From Antechinus flavipes (Eukaryota), in contig NC_067403.1 in NCBI RefSeq assembly GCF_016432865.1, forward strand, positions 247,814,001-247,878,000: a stretch of 64,000 bases of DNA, in the 5' to 3' direction. Below are positions 11,331-23,750 of this stretch, piece by piece; the stretch's first letter is position 1, and the number at the start of each line of letters is the position of its first letter. The notes under the pieces were generated by a model that worked only from the letters and a program-made list of their open reading frames with translations, had not been told where the DNA came from and did not search any database. The translations under genes and the position numbers were made by a program.

Positions 11331-13407
11331 CTGCTTTCCTTAGCACGCCTGTTTGATGTGATTAGTTCCCAGGTGCCTTAATGGGGTACACAGAGAAAAT
11401 TGAGACCTGCTCAAAGTTTCCCAAATGCTGTTCTCTTTATTCTTTGGATATTCTCTGAAGCATTAGTAATTTTTTTTCTTGTCCTCATCCCTGGCAGCAT
11501 TTCTCAGGTGGGAAGCTGACTTCCTGCATTTCTTTTGGCTGCAGTGTCCAACAGAAGAATAAGCTCTTGACATCTCTATGCTTCTAAAAGATTGAGATTG
11601 TTACCCAGAAAATGCTCAGAGAAATCAGACCAACTCCATTTTCTATTTCAGATTCTCATGGAGTCCAACTAAACGCCTGTGAATTAAAAGTTTCATTCTC
11701 TCTAGTGCACTTGATGATCCTTGAATACAGTGAATGCATGAAAAAATGTTCTTCAGCTCTGAGTGTCTATCTGGGTGAACTATGATTTGGGGAATACTGG
11801 AAATCCAGACAGAGAAAACCAAGCTCTCCAATGGTAGGAGATTACATGGGTGGAGATTTGCCAGTTATTCTCCTTTCTCAGATTGTCCCTGATTCATTGT
11901 CTTTCTTTTTGGCTCCGATCAAAACTCATTTGTATCATATATTTCTCTGGTAAAGCTGTTGGCTTTCTAGGACAATATACAAAGTTTATTGAAGACATGG
12001 GCTGTCATTAAAAAATCAATACTTTTTTTTATATAAGTAAAACCAAATACTATTGATATTGAGCTCTTCCTTGTGATAAAAACAAACAACAACAACAAAA
12101 AAACCTATCATCCAAATCACTTCACTTGACAGCAAAACAATTTTCTATGCTTTTGAGAATACATTTTAAAAAAAAATCTTATATGACCAGCTCTTAGGTT
12201 ATCACCAGCTCTTATCACCTTACAAATAGCGGAATAATAATAAAATGAATGAATAATAATAAATCTTTATTTCTATTTATCTATGCATTTTGTATTTTTA
12301 ATTTGTATCCACAAGGATAGATTCTGTGTATTCTCTGATTTTTAAAATCTCTTTTTGTGTCAAACTCCAAGCTGTATACGTAGGAAATGTTTACTGTGTG
12401 TTTATACTTTAAAGGGTCTAGCACAGTGCTTGGACATTTGCAAGTGTCTTATACTTGTACAACGTATGAGAAAATGAATGAATGAATGAAGAGCGCTCCA
12501 AAACATCATAAAACACAATCAGAAAAACCTTTCTTCCTAAAGCTAACTATTATGGATAACAGCTGACATCAATCAGTCTAAGCTCTCTGAAACTAACCTA
12601 TATTTCTATATTGACAAATCACTTTCTTTCCCATTGTCTAATGCAATTTATGCATGGCCAATATAAAGGAGTTGGAACAGTTGTTGTTATACACTTATAA
12701 AAGTCAATTCATTTGCTGACTTGGAAGTGCTGGGATTTCCTATCATATGGAATGTAGATTGTACCTAACTATCTCCTTCTGGCCTCAGGCTGACTCCATT
12801 GTTTCTGAGAAGGAAAGAATATCAATTAAGGCTTGTTTTTGGAAAATCTGAGCATAATGGAAGGCATCTGTCTGGTTTTCTAGGGCAAACGTGTTTACAG
12901 TAACACAATAAATCCCAAAATTCCAATGGAAATAAAACAGCAGCAGTGGAGATCTTGGAGTGGCAGGGGAAGACTCAAAGGAATAAAAAGCCTTGATAAT
13001 GGATACTATTTATCATGCTGCATTCTCATCTTAAAACTTCCTTTATTTCCAAGCACGTTTATAGTTCAATAAAGTGTTTGCACATACATGTTTACATTTG
13101 TGTGTATGTGTACCTGTATGTGCATGCGTATCCTCATCTATATCTCTAGCTATTTATATGTATGTACCTGAGTCTTTGGATCCAACCAGATGCACTTGTG
13201 ATAAGGTAGTTTGCTTTGCTACCTGACATTGTTCATTGACAATGTGAGTGTTCTTCCAGTTTGTAGTAAAACCTGAACTTCTGGAGAATAAAGTTGGGTG
13301 AGACAAAGACTTTTTACTCTTTGTCTTGCCAGAAATTCAGGTGAAGAATTATTCCATCTTCATCCCAGAAGAAGCACCACAAATAATAATTTTACTTTTG
13401 CCTCCTG

Positions 13408-13809
13408 TGTAATGGGCTGAGGCTTGAATTGATGCACTGAGGTCCCAAGCATGTGAGGCTAAATAGTAATTGAACCATACTCTATTAATATATATGCTTG
13501 GAGAAAGCACCCACTCTTTGTGCAAGTCCTGATGTGTTGTATAGGAAATGATGATTTTGGTGGGTGGAGGCAGGGGAGTGGAGAGGGAAACAGAAAGAGA
13601 GACTGCTGGCTGGTGTCTTGTCACAGCTGCTCGCATTGCTATCGTGACCACCCTTCACCTCTGATCCCTCTTTGCTAGTTGGCTTCCTGTTATAGCTGCC
13701 CCTATTGCTATCGCAATCCTTCTTCACCTCTACTGAGAATAAAGATTGAAGATTTTTCCCTTAACCTGAATTCCTGACTCTGGCTGATTTTAAATATGTG
13801 GTCATCACA
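13408..13809 (+). mobile_element. ERV solo LTR a (402 bp)
   Basis: TGTAATGGG...CATCACA termini, perfect 6-bp TSD CTCCTG (13402-13407 / 13810-13815), AATAAA at 13738-13743, internal imperfect ~60-bp tandem repeat. Confidence 0.9.
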
Positions 13810-14591
13810 CTCCTGGATTCACTCTTTGTCTACATTTATTTTTATATGATAGGTAAAACCAAATATCACTACTATTGAGCTCTTCCTTGTGATAAACAAA
13901 ACAAAACAAAACAACAACAACAACAACAAAAACTATCACCCAAACGATTTCACTTGACAGCTTTGCTAGAATTTCTATATCAGGAGAGCTTTCTGCTTGT
14001 TGATACTTTTAAAGAAATCAAAGTAATGATCTTAAAAAAGAAGTTTCAATAGCCATACTTTGAAAATCATCAGTTGAGAACTGCCAACATACAACCTGAT
14101 GAGCCAAAAGCCTGCAGGTAGAACTGGAGTTGGGGGAGGGATAGTGACAAAAACATTGAGTACTTCATATGTTGATTATGGGAAGGCCTAATATCAAAGT
14201 AACTTCACCAAGTTCTTTTTTTAATCTTATCAGGTATAATAGATAGAACTGATTTTTTCCTGTAAGAAATCTGGGTTTGAATTTTATTTCTGGGACTTAC
14301 TTTCTCTGATATATTTAATAATAATGGTGTACTTAACATAAACTAGGGCACTTGTATAAAAAAAGAAAATAAAAATAAACTGAAACTCTTTTGGCTATAC
14401 TAAAAATAGAACTTCCACTGACCTTAATTTCATTCTCCTTTCAGGAATTGTCAGTAAATTCCATCAGAATTTAAATTCTTTGAAGGCAGGGACTATTAAA
14501 AAAAATTATCCTTCATGCTTAGTATAGAGTCTGTCATATAGTAAGCATGTAATAGATGTTTTTTAAGTTGATTAGTATTGAGTAGATCTGC

Positions 14592-15539
14592 CTATCTATT
14601 CCTGCTCACAACTTTTTTCAGAGCATTTTTGACATCCTTGTTCCTAAGGGTATAAATGATGGGATTAAGCAGTGGGGTTACAAAAGTATAGACCAAGGCA
14701 AGCATTCGATCCTCTTCTTCTCTGGTGCTTGATGGAGGACGGAAATAGACCAAACTGCAGCAGCCATATTGTATCAGGACTACTGTAAGATGGGAGGAAC
14801 AGGTAGAGAAGGCTCGCTGGCGACCCTCAGCTGAACGAATGTGCAAGATGGTGTTGGTTATGAAGACATAGGTGATGCAGATGAGCAGGAAAGGGGCGGT
14901 CAGTACAAGGATGCTTACCACATAGACAACAGCCTGGGGAATATGAGTATCAGCACAGACCAGCCTTAGAACAGGTGGTACATCACAGAAAAAGTGCTTG
15001 ATCACCCTGAGGTGTCCACAGAAGGGCAGAGTAAAGACCAGGCATGTGAGTTGCAAGGCAAGGAAAAGAGCCAGCATCAAGGAGCCACCTACCATCTGGA
15101 TACACAGCTTCTGGGTCATGATGAGAGTATAGTGTAAAGGATGACAGATGGCCACATAGCGGTCATATGCCATGACAGCCAATAGGAAACAGTCAGTCCC
15201 ACCAAGAGTTACAAAAAAGAACATTTGGATCCCACATCCAGCCAATGTGATGGGGTTTTGGGATCCAAAGATGTTGGAGAGCATCAATGGTACCAGAGTA
15301 GTGGTATAACAGATCTCCAGGAAGGATAGGTTGGACAGGAAGAAGTACATAGGGGTGTGTAAGGAGCTATGGGTGAACACAGCGCAGATGATGGCAGTGT
15401 TTCCACAGAGAATCATCATATAAAGAAGGAGAAAGAAGCAGAAGAGGAGGGCCTGGATCCTGGGGGAAGTAGTGAACACTTGGAACACAAATTCAGTGGG
15501 GCCAGACTGGTTGATCTGGAGAGTGTAGGGAGAAGACAT
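14592..15539 (-). CDS. Olfactory receptor G2, OR10Q1-like paralogue (315 aa)
   Basis: Intact ORF with all OR motifs. Splice acceptor tttctatctttctttggcag lies 7 nt upstream of the ATG. Confidence 0.93.
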   Translation of the reverse strand: MSSPYTLQINQSGPTEFVFQVFTTSPRIQALLFCFFLLLYMMILCGNTAIICAVFTHSSLHTPMYFFLSNLSFLEICYTTTLVPLMLSNIFGSQNPITLAGCGIQMFFFVTLGGTDCFLLAVMAYDRYVAICHPLHYTLIMTQKLCIQMVGGSLMLALFLALQLTCLVFTLPFCGHLRVIKHFFCDVPPVLRLVCADTHIPQAVVYVVSILVLTAPFLLICITYVFITNTILHIRSAEGRQRAFSTCSSHLTVVLIQYGCCSLVYFRPPSSTREEEDRMLALVYTFVTPLLNPIIYTLRNKDVKNALKKVVSRNR

Positions 15540-17107
15540 CTTTCACCTGCCAAAGAAAGATAGAAAACTTGGTCCAGTTACTAGATATAGACAAAAATGA
15601 AATCATAACTTTGTGGAATCCACAGAGACTTTTAAAGATCATCTTAGGATAATCATCCCACATTTTTATGGATTAGTCCTTTTTACCTTTTTGATTAAGT
15701 TTTAAACCTCTAAGGTCTCTTTTTGCAGTTTTGATTTTTTGTGTTCAATGTTCTAAAGCCACTTTTAGTTCTGATATTCTATGTTCTGAGTTTTTTTTAA
15801 TAGCTTCATGGTGTCATCCTTGGTTTAAATAATAGATATTCTGCTTCTATCCCCTTTCCAGAAAGTCATCTCTTATGAAAATAATTTAATAATAATTGTT
15901 GTTTTGTTGTTCATTCTTTTGGTTATGTTTGCTTCTTTGTGTCCTCATGGACCATAGCTTGCTAGATCCTACTAAGCTCTACTCTTTCTCAAAGTCTTTC
16001 CAAGTTCATGTTCATTGTTTCCATCACACTATCTATCAATTTTATCCTTTGCCATTTTTATGATGTGATCTTTCATAATTTTTGAACTTATCATGGAATA
16101 TAGTAGAAGATGGTAGACCAAGTCCAAAATCTCTAGGTTGTTTTCCATTTTTTAAATGATATTCTGATGAATAAAGAATTCTTTCCTATGTAATTTTTGT
16201 TTTAAGTTTATCACATATATTGTTTACTTCCTTGGTTTGTGTATCCTATTGATCTTTTTCTTTTTTTTTTTTTTAACCAGTACCAAGCAGTTTTGATATT
16301 GTTACTTTTTAATATGTTCTAAATTCTAAAGTTATTTGTAGACCTGTCCATCCCATTCTTTGTGCATCTATTTATTGCACATTTATATTGATATTTAAGA
16401 GAATAACTACTTTTTTACCGTTCTGATAGTGAAGCTCTAAAATGAGTTACCAAAAGAATTGGATCTAGAAGACACGTTAGTGAACCCCCTAGCCTAACTC
16501 TTTATTTGATAGAAAAGTTACTTAGATTGTTGAGAGGACAAAAAACTGATCTAGAGTCAAAGAACTAGTAAATAACAGCCAGGATTTCAATCCAGATTCT
16601 CTGACTCTAAATGCTTTACTCCTTTCACTTCAAGATTGGGAGATGATGAAAACTGCTCATGAATATCATGCATAGTTATGGCAATGCAATGGTATCAAAC
16701 TGAAAAAGAAATAGGCCACTAAATGACATGTAAAGTTCCCTGTCAACTGCATTTTGACTGAAAAACCCACATATTAACATTATCTATTTTCTATTGATTT
16801 TTAATTTATTTTCTTAAATGTTTTTCATTACATTTTAATCTAGGTAGGCAATATATTTGACATCTATATATCATACCCCCATTACACAAAGGGAAACTGG
16901 GGATCATAGAATTTAAATTATTTGTTTGATATTCTGAATTCTAAGGTCATTTCTGATTCTTTTTTACTATGTCTACTATTCTTAAAAACAAAGGTTTTTG
17001 GTGTAGAAGTCCTCTTAAGGATTCTTTTCCTTAAATTTTGTCCCATTTCTTTCTCACAGAACCATGTTGTAAGGATAAAACTGTGAGAAAGTAGACTTAA
17101 ATCTTAC

Positions 17108-17244
17108 CTTGTAGAGACTCTCTTCCAGGATTATAACAACAACAGCGGTAGCAGCAGCACAACAGCAATAATAAAGATAAAGATACTTTTATGAGCTTCT
17201 CTGACTGTGTGCATGGCTTATCAGTGGTTCTACAAGTGCCATAC
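17108..17244 (-). other. Candidate 137-nt 5'UTR exon of G2 containing a 17-aa uORF
   Basis: Acceptor gctttaaag (17246-17245) after a long pyrimidine tract. Donor AAG/GTAAGA (17107-17106). Confidence 0.45.
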
Positions 17245-17859
17245 CTTTAAAGCCACAATTGTAAGAAAAGGAAGAATGAAGAAAGAGAATAAAGATAAAA
17301 TATAAGAAAGAAGGTTAAGAAAGAAAGCTGTTACTGCTTCCAAAAAAAATTAAGTATAAAAGAAGTTTGTACAGAATAATTTTACATATCTGTATATACA
17401 CATGTGTGTGCTCATGTGTGTCTAATGATTAGTTATTTCTAGCATAGAGGAGAAGGAAAAAAGATGTAGCTCAAGTAGCATCTTTTGCAGAGAGTTCTTC
17501 AGGATCCCACCAAGAGCTAGTATCCTCTCTCCCAAACTAATTAGTGTTTAAATAATTGGAATATGTTTATATTTGAGATCACACATTTCTAGAAACATAT
17601 TACACACATTTATTTATATGCATTTGTTTCCTCCTTTAGGATACAAGCTACTTGAAAGTAGGGATAATTTCATTTTTTGTTCTTGTATCCTCTGTTCCCA
17701 GAATAGTACCTATTATAGTATAAACAGATGGTGCTACTTATTTATTATAAAAGTAAAGGGTTGGATCAGACCTCTGATCTCCCTTGAATGTTCTAAATCT
17801 AAGATCCTATAATCTCATGAGATCAAATTTCTCCCCCAAACAGTAGACACTGACTAGGT

Positions 17860-18200
17860 CATGAACCAGGGACTCTGGATTTAGGATTTCCTAATAGAAT
17901 CAATTTTTTTTTAACAGATTAAAGAGACGTGAATATCCTGCAGTCCTGCACTGAGGGAAGCAGCATCACACCTAGGTCAGATTGTTCAGCTCAACCAAGG
18001 CAGCTGGACTTAATGCTGTTTGCTAGGGCTGTGAAATCTGAGACTACTAGGAGTTATCTACAGAGGGAGAAGAGAGTTTTCAGGATTAGGTCATAATATG
18101 GCTCCTTCCTCTCAAGTAGCTGATGGATCAAAGTTGGAGTTCAGCCTGGAGTTGTCAGGACTACCTGAAGAGCTTTCCATTGATAGACCAACAAGTATTT
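17860..18200. promoter_or_regulatory. Module B (second conserved non-coding block), copy upstream of G2
   Basis: GGGACTCTG 17869-17877, O/E-like CACTGAGGGA 17949-17958, CAGCTG 18001-18006. Confidence 0.4.
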
Positions 18201-18264
18201 ATTGATTGATTGCTATGTGCTTGCTATAGCTATGGTAGTATATGAGATAAAAAGGAAGAACTGA

Positions 18265-18480
18265 TGTCACAGTATGTCAGAGCTTGGAAGGACTTTAGAG
18301 CACAGAATGTTAGAGGTTGGAAGGACCTGAAATGGAGCATGTTAGAACTGGAAGAATACAATGTCAAAGCAGTAAGGGACCTTAGAAAAGGGAATTTCAG
18401 AATGAGAAGGAACTTTAGAAAAGAAAATGTCAGATGTGGTAGAGGCTTTTGATCTTAGAAGAGGGAATGGGTCATAGCTG
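18265..18480 (+). repeat. Degenerate tandem array of ~30-bp MIR3/L3-tail-like units (duplicate about 29480-29700)
   Basis: Repeated aatgt(c/t)agag(c/g)t(t)ggaagg(g)ac(c/t)ttaga units. Confidence 0.6.
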
Positions 18481-21186
18481 AAATATGCCAGAGATTTCTG
18501 AGTTTAATATCATCATTTTACAGGTGAGAAAATTGAAGACCAGAAAGTGTAAATGACATATTCTGGTCGTGAAGTGAATTCCATAGCAGGGATTGATTAG
18601 AACCTAGGGCACCTTAATCCATTAATCTTTCTTCTACACTACTCAGTTGATATCTCTCTTAATAATCAACCAAGAAGCATCATTATATCATTGTTTCTCT
18701 TCCATTCTTGAAGAGGACCATGACATCATTAAAGTGATTCTATGACATACAAGTGAATAAAACTACCATAAACCAGACATAGTACTAGATCTTAGAGATT
18801 TAAATCTAAAGAATGAAATGAACTTTATTGATAAGGAGCTGATAATTAATAGAGGAGAGAAGAAATAGATGAAATGTATGTACTATCAATACAAACTGAA
18901 TTAATATACACTTATTAAATATAAAGTCATTGGGAAAGGAGAGTCTGATAATTTCTAATTCTTCCTCATATTAAAAAAATTCACTAGATTTCACCACTTT
19001 TTTCAACAATGTCCTATTTCCCAGATCCTTTGCTCAACTATATTCCTAGAATAAACTGTCTAAACTCACTGTTTCAGATACTTTTTTCTCAATCATTTCT
19101 CAATCCTTTGCACTCTAGTTTCCATTTCCAAACTCATTACTCAGCTGAAACTGCTCTCTACAATGTTACCAAAAAATCTCTTAATTGATAAATCTGATTT
19201 TCTTTGTTAGTTCTCATCATTCTCCAACTAGCTGCTGAGTCTAAGCCTGTTGAATACCCTCTTCTCCTGGGTACTTGTTTCTCTCTAGGTTTTTTTTACA
19301 CTTGATGTCTTACCTCTCTAATTACACCTTTTAAATTTCTTTTGCTTATTCATCATCCTGGTCCTGTCCCCTATCTGGAAGTGTTACCCAAAGCTCTTTG
19401 CCAAGTTCCTTTATTCTTCTTTCTGGATTTTATCTTTTCTGACTTCATCAGCTCATAAATTTTTAAATGATCATTCTATGCCAGTGATTCTCAGATGTGG
19501 ATGTATAGCTCCAATCTCTTTTCTGACTTTGAGTCTTGCATTACCAATTGCCTATTGGGCATTAAAAATGTATGTCAGGAAAATATGTCAAACTTAATGT
19601 ACTCAAAACAGAACTCTATTTTTCCTCATTACTCATCCTCTTCCAAACTTGCTTATATTCATTGAAATCATTTCTACTTTCAAGATTCATAATCTTAGGG
19701 TTATCCACTATTCCTTACTCTCACTCTCCCTCATCCCACATACTCAATCACTTGCCACATCTTGCTACTTTTAGCAATATTTCTTGCCCTTTTTTACCCT
19801 ACTCACATGGTAGATGGCTCTCATTACAGTTAGCCTAGATTAGTATATGACTCTCTCAATTGGTTTCTCTGTCTTAAGTCTCTCTATGCTTCAGTTCACC
19901 ATCCATGATACATGAAAACAATTTTTCTTAAGTACAGATCTAACTGTGTCAGTTCTACTATATCAACTCCAGTGGCTTCCAACTGGCTCTTGTCTTTAGC
20001 TTTTAAAGCCCGTTACAAACTCTGTTAAGTAGCTGTTGAATTTAGCAAATGACCCTCCCTCCTCCCCCCAATTCTGACACACAGTTTCCTTGTATATCAA
20101 ATGAGGGTGAATTAGTTGCTATTTTAGAATTCTCATAAAACTCTGTGATTTCATGACCCGATGCTTCCATTCTGTCTGCTGACCAAAGATCAGTTTTATT
20201 CAAGCTATTGCTGCCTGGATTATGTATTATGGCACTAGTCAATGATATCAAGAATTTGACAAATGCTTGTTGAATCACACTGCACTGAAAGAAAGTATTG
20301 CAGGGACAAAGCTGTCCTGTATATAGGTTAGTAGTGACTTTAAGACAAAGAATATTGATAAAAAACCTTGACTATTTCCATTCCTCTAATGGCTAAACAA
20401 TCTTGGAGGGATTAGATGATATGATGTGACATTTCAGGTAATATAAAAGAAATCAGAGATTGTGAAAATACATAGAGCAGAACTGTTTTTTTTTTTTTTT
20501 TTTTTTGAGTCATGGATTATGTCAACAGTTTGGAGAAGTGTATGAACTCTTTCAGAATGTTTTGAAATGAGCAAAATAAAATATACAGAATGGGAAAGGA
20601 AAACAATTTTGCTGAATTTAAATGTATTTTTCTCGCTTAAATTCATTGACTTTATGAAATTGCTTCATGGATTCTCTTTGGACACCCCTGAATCTGTGAA
20701 TCCTAGATCAGGCACACCTGTGCTAAAGGAAAGCAGTCAATACATTGAATAGCTTCTCTATGGAGGGTTTATGGGGATGACATGAAGAAGAATGATTAAA
20801 ATGAGGTATAGATATCTTATCTCTTTTCTTTGCAAGAAGGAAATAAGATGCTTGAGGACAGCAGTTGTGGATTGCCATCTGCACCTGTATAGATGAGCAT
20901 CTGTGAGGTAAAGAGGAAGGAATCCTGGCAGCTAGGTAGTGAAATGGATAGAATATAGCACTTGGAATTGGGAAGACCCAAGTTCAAATCCTGCCTCTTA
21001 CTCTTATTAGCTAGTTGGTTCTCAGCAAGTCATTTAACCTCTTTCAATTTCCTCATCTGTAACATAAGAATAATGGCATTTATTTCATTATCATTGTGAG
21101 AATCAAGTGAATGAGCAAATATAAGATGCTTTGCAAACCTTAAAACACTATGTAAATGCTTACTAGTATGACTAACAATTTTTGTG

Positions 21187-21223
<37 letters not shown>

Positions 21224-21278
21224 CACTGCAGTTACTACTACTACTACTATTTCTACTGCTGCTGCTATTACTACTACT
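21187..21278 (+). repeat. (CTA)n microsatellite, interrupted
   Basis: Direct reading. Confidence 0.95.
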
Positions 21279-23045
21279 TTTATCATTTTTACTATCAGAA
21301 TACATGGGTATTCCAGATCTCTCTACCTGAGTAACCATGAGTAAGATCATTTCTCTTTTTCTTGCTTTCCTCATGTAACAGCAAGGAATTGGATTAGATA
21401 ATCTTTAAGGTCCTTTTCACCACTAAGTCTATGATGCTATGAGATCCTGTTCCATGCATTCATTTAGCGATTTAGGTGAAGGATTGTGAAATTTGGTTTA
21501 AATAACTTTCTGAGGATAATCTCTTTTTCAGGAATTATAGAGATGAATATGTCCTGTAGCCTGCTCCTGAGGGATCCCACTTCATCATTATAGGGCAGAT
21601 GCTTGGCTGTGACTTAAGAAATTGAGATTCCTTGGGTTTGAGGCTCTAAGCTTAGGGCGAATTAACAAAGGAGAAGGGAGCACTAAGAATTGGCTGATAT
21701 ATTTGACCACAAAAGTCGGAGGACTTTTCTGGTTCTGTGGTATTATGAAGTCTGTCTGAGTTAACTTAATCATTGAAGGAACAAACATTAATTGAATATC
21801 TATTATGTGCCCAGCAGTATATCTAGTGCTATCTAGAGGATACAGAGAAATGGGAAAAATGGGCCCTGCTCTTAAGTAACTGGAGTCATTGAATGTCAGA
21901 GCTGGAAGGGACCTTAAAGAGTATTAGGTTTATCACCCTTTTAATTTTACAGATGAGAAAAATGAGGCACATGGCACAGGAGTGTTTCATGTAACAGTCA
22001 GAAAGACCTGAATTTGAATCTTGGCTTAGACTTTTACTAGCTATGTGGCTACAGGCGAACTAATCTCTCCAAGCCTCAAAGGGATAGGACTGGATTGTCC
22101 TCTAAGGGAATGTTCAGTTATAACTGGAGTGGAATGAATTATTGCCCAATATGACATGGCAGTTTAGTAGAAGAATTATCTTTAGAACTCATATGTCTTT
22201 ATTCGCATGTCTTTTTTGTACTTCAATTTGAGCCATTGAAACACATGATAGATGGAGATCTTGAGAATTGGATCCAGTGACAATAAGATGGGAGAGTATG
22301 TCTAATTGGTCTACTTTTTTATATATTTAACATTTATTATTGTGAACCTAATAACCATCCATAAAACAAATAATATATAAAAAGAAAATTGCGTAAAAAA
22401 TCTTGAATTTATATAACACTCGTTCAGAAACATTTATATGTACACAAATATATATATATATATATATTCACACATATATAACAATTTAATGATTTATAAA
22501 AATTTTTGTGTTCTCTTTTACATTTCTCTTTAATTTCTTCTCTGAATTTGAAATATTTCCTTGATGTTCTTTTTTCTTCATGTTACCTATCATTGCCCAT
22601 TAATCTACTGACTGATAACTGTCCCCCATGTCTCCAAGAAGTTTCCTTCAAGAGAAACCTTCTTCCTTTATTACAAATATGGACAGTCTATCCAAAGAAA
22701 TGAACATATTATTCATATCTAAGAAAGTACATCTATGGATTTGATTGATATCAAAGATTCTTGTTGCTTCTAACCATAGTCCTGCATGAGGTCCAAATAG
22801 GCTGGCTTATACATATTTCTATGATAACCCCTGAAAAGTCCATTAGGATGAAAAGAACATTAGAGTTGAATGCCAAACCCCTCAGTCAATTATATTTTCT
22901 TGGCCAGACATTTCCTTTCACTGGGATTCAGTTTTCTTCTTTGTAAAAGGAGAAGGTTTAGACTGAATTAATTCTAAGGGACTTTCCCTGCTCCAAATCC
23001 TGAGATCTCAAGTTAATAAGTAAATAAAAAGGAAGCAGTGAAATT

Positions 23046-23750
23046 ACCTCTTCTTTCCAGCATCTCTGAATCCATCAGTCATCCGAGGGAAGAGCTGATC
23101 AGCAGTCTGCTTTGTCCTGAGATGCTCCTGTGCCCATCTACAACAGAGCTCAATTACTTTCTTTTTACCTTCTCACTGATTTAAATGGAGTGAGATTACA
23201 TGATTTTCAAAGGGTATTATGAGTAACTAGAAAAAAGAGATGCTGCCTAATGAATATTCCCCTTTCTTTTACTCTCTGGCTAGGTCTAATAGAACTAAAG
23301 GTGGGAATAGATAATGGTATCCTTCTCTACAAGGGGTCTTAGAGTTGAGATAGCTTTAGTGTAGAGTGGTCATATGTACCATGGACACTTTCTAGACTGA
23401 GATTCAGGATGCTTCTGCTGAATGAAAAAAGCCAACAAAGGTAATCCCTGTTGACTCCAATCATAGTCTAGTCATGTTTTACTTTAATCAGGTTATTTAC
23501 GGACTTCTCTGGGCTCTCCCTCAGAGGAATGGGTCCCTGAAGCAGATGGTTTGGGGAAAACTGTGAATTGAGGACAATTCAGGTAAAGCTAATGGACATT
23601 CATATCTCTATAGGCTTGTTCAGTAGATATCCCAACTGGAGACTGAAGACCAGTAGAAGGGAATCTTGCTCTCTTTATCACCTCTTTTTTTTTTTTCTCC
23701 CCTCCATCAAGAATCTTAGTTGTCTTCTAGTTAATTTCTCCAGGGAAAAA
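23046..23750 (-). promoter_or_regulatory. Module A copy 2 (duplicate of the G1 module) now upstream of G2
   Basis: Donor GAG/GTAATT (23047-23046), CCTCAGAGGA 23519-23528, TAATGG 23590-23595, second O/E TCTCCAGGGA 23737-23746. Confidence 0.58.

Larger units (their letters stand above)
5222..18954. repeat. Segmental duplication A, copy 1 (~13.7 kb, contains G2)
   Basis: Collinear similarity to 18955-30174 at many anchors, e.g. 6361/20041, 10021/23064, 12001/25042, G2/G3, 17101/28292, 18901/30117. Confidence 0.92.

Noticed and set aside
13349-13727. Two overlapping minus-strand ORFs of 80-100 aa
   Set aside because: They lie largely within solo LTR a and show no gag/pol/env similarity.
18265-18480. 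Spaced ~30-bp repeats as a CRISPR-like array
   Set aside because: Eukaryotic context, degenerate units with no unique spacers, and sequence matching MIR3/L3-type tails.
18940-18970. NAHR between L2 copies as the cause of duplication A
   Set aside because: The L2 remnants at the two breakpoints are in opposite orientations and the junction shows at most 1 bp of homology.
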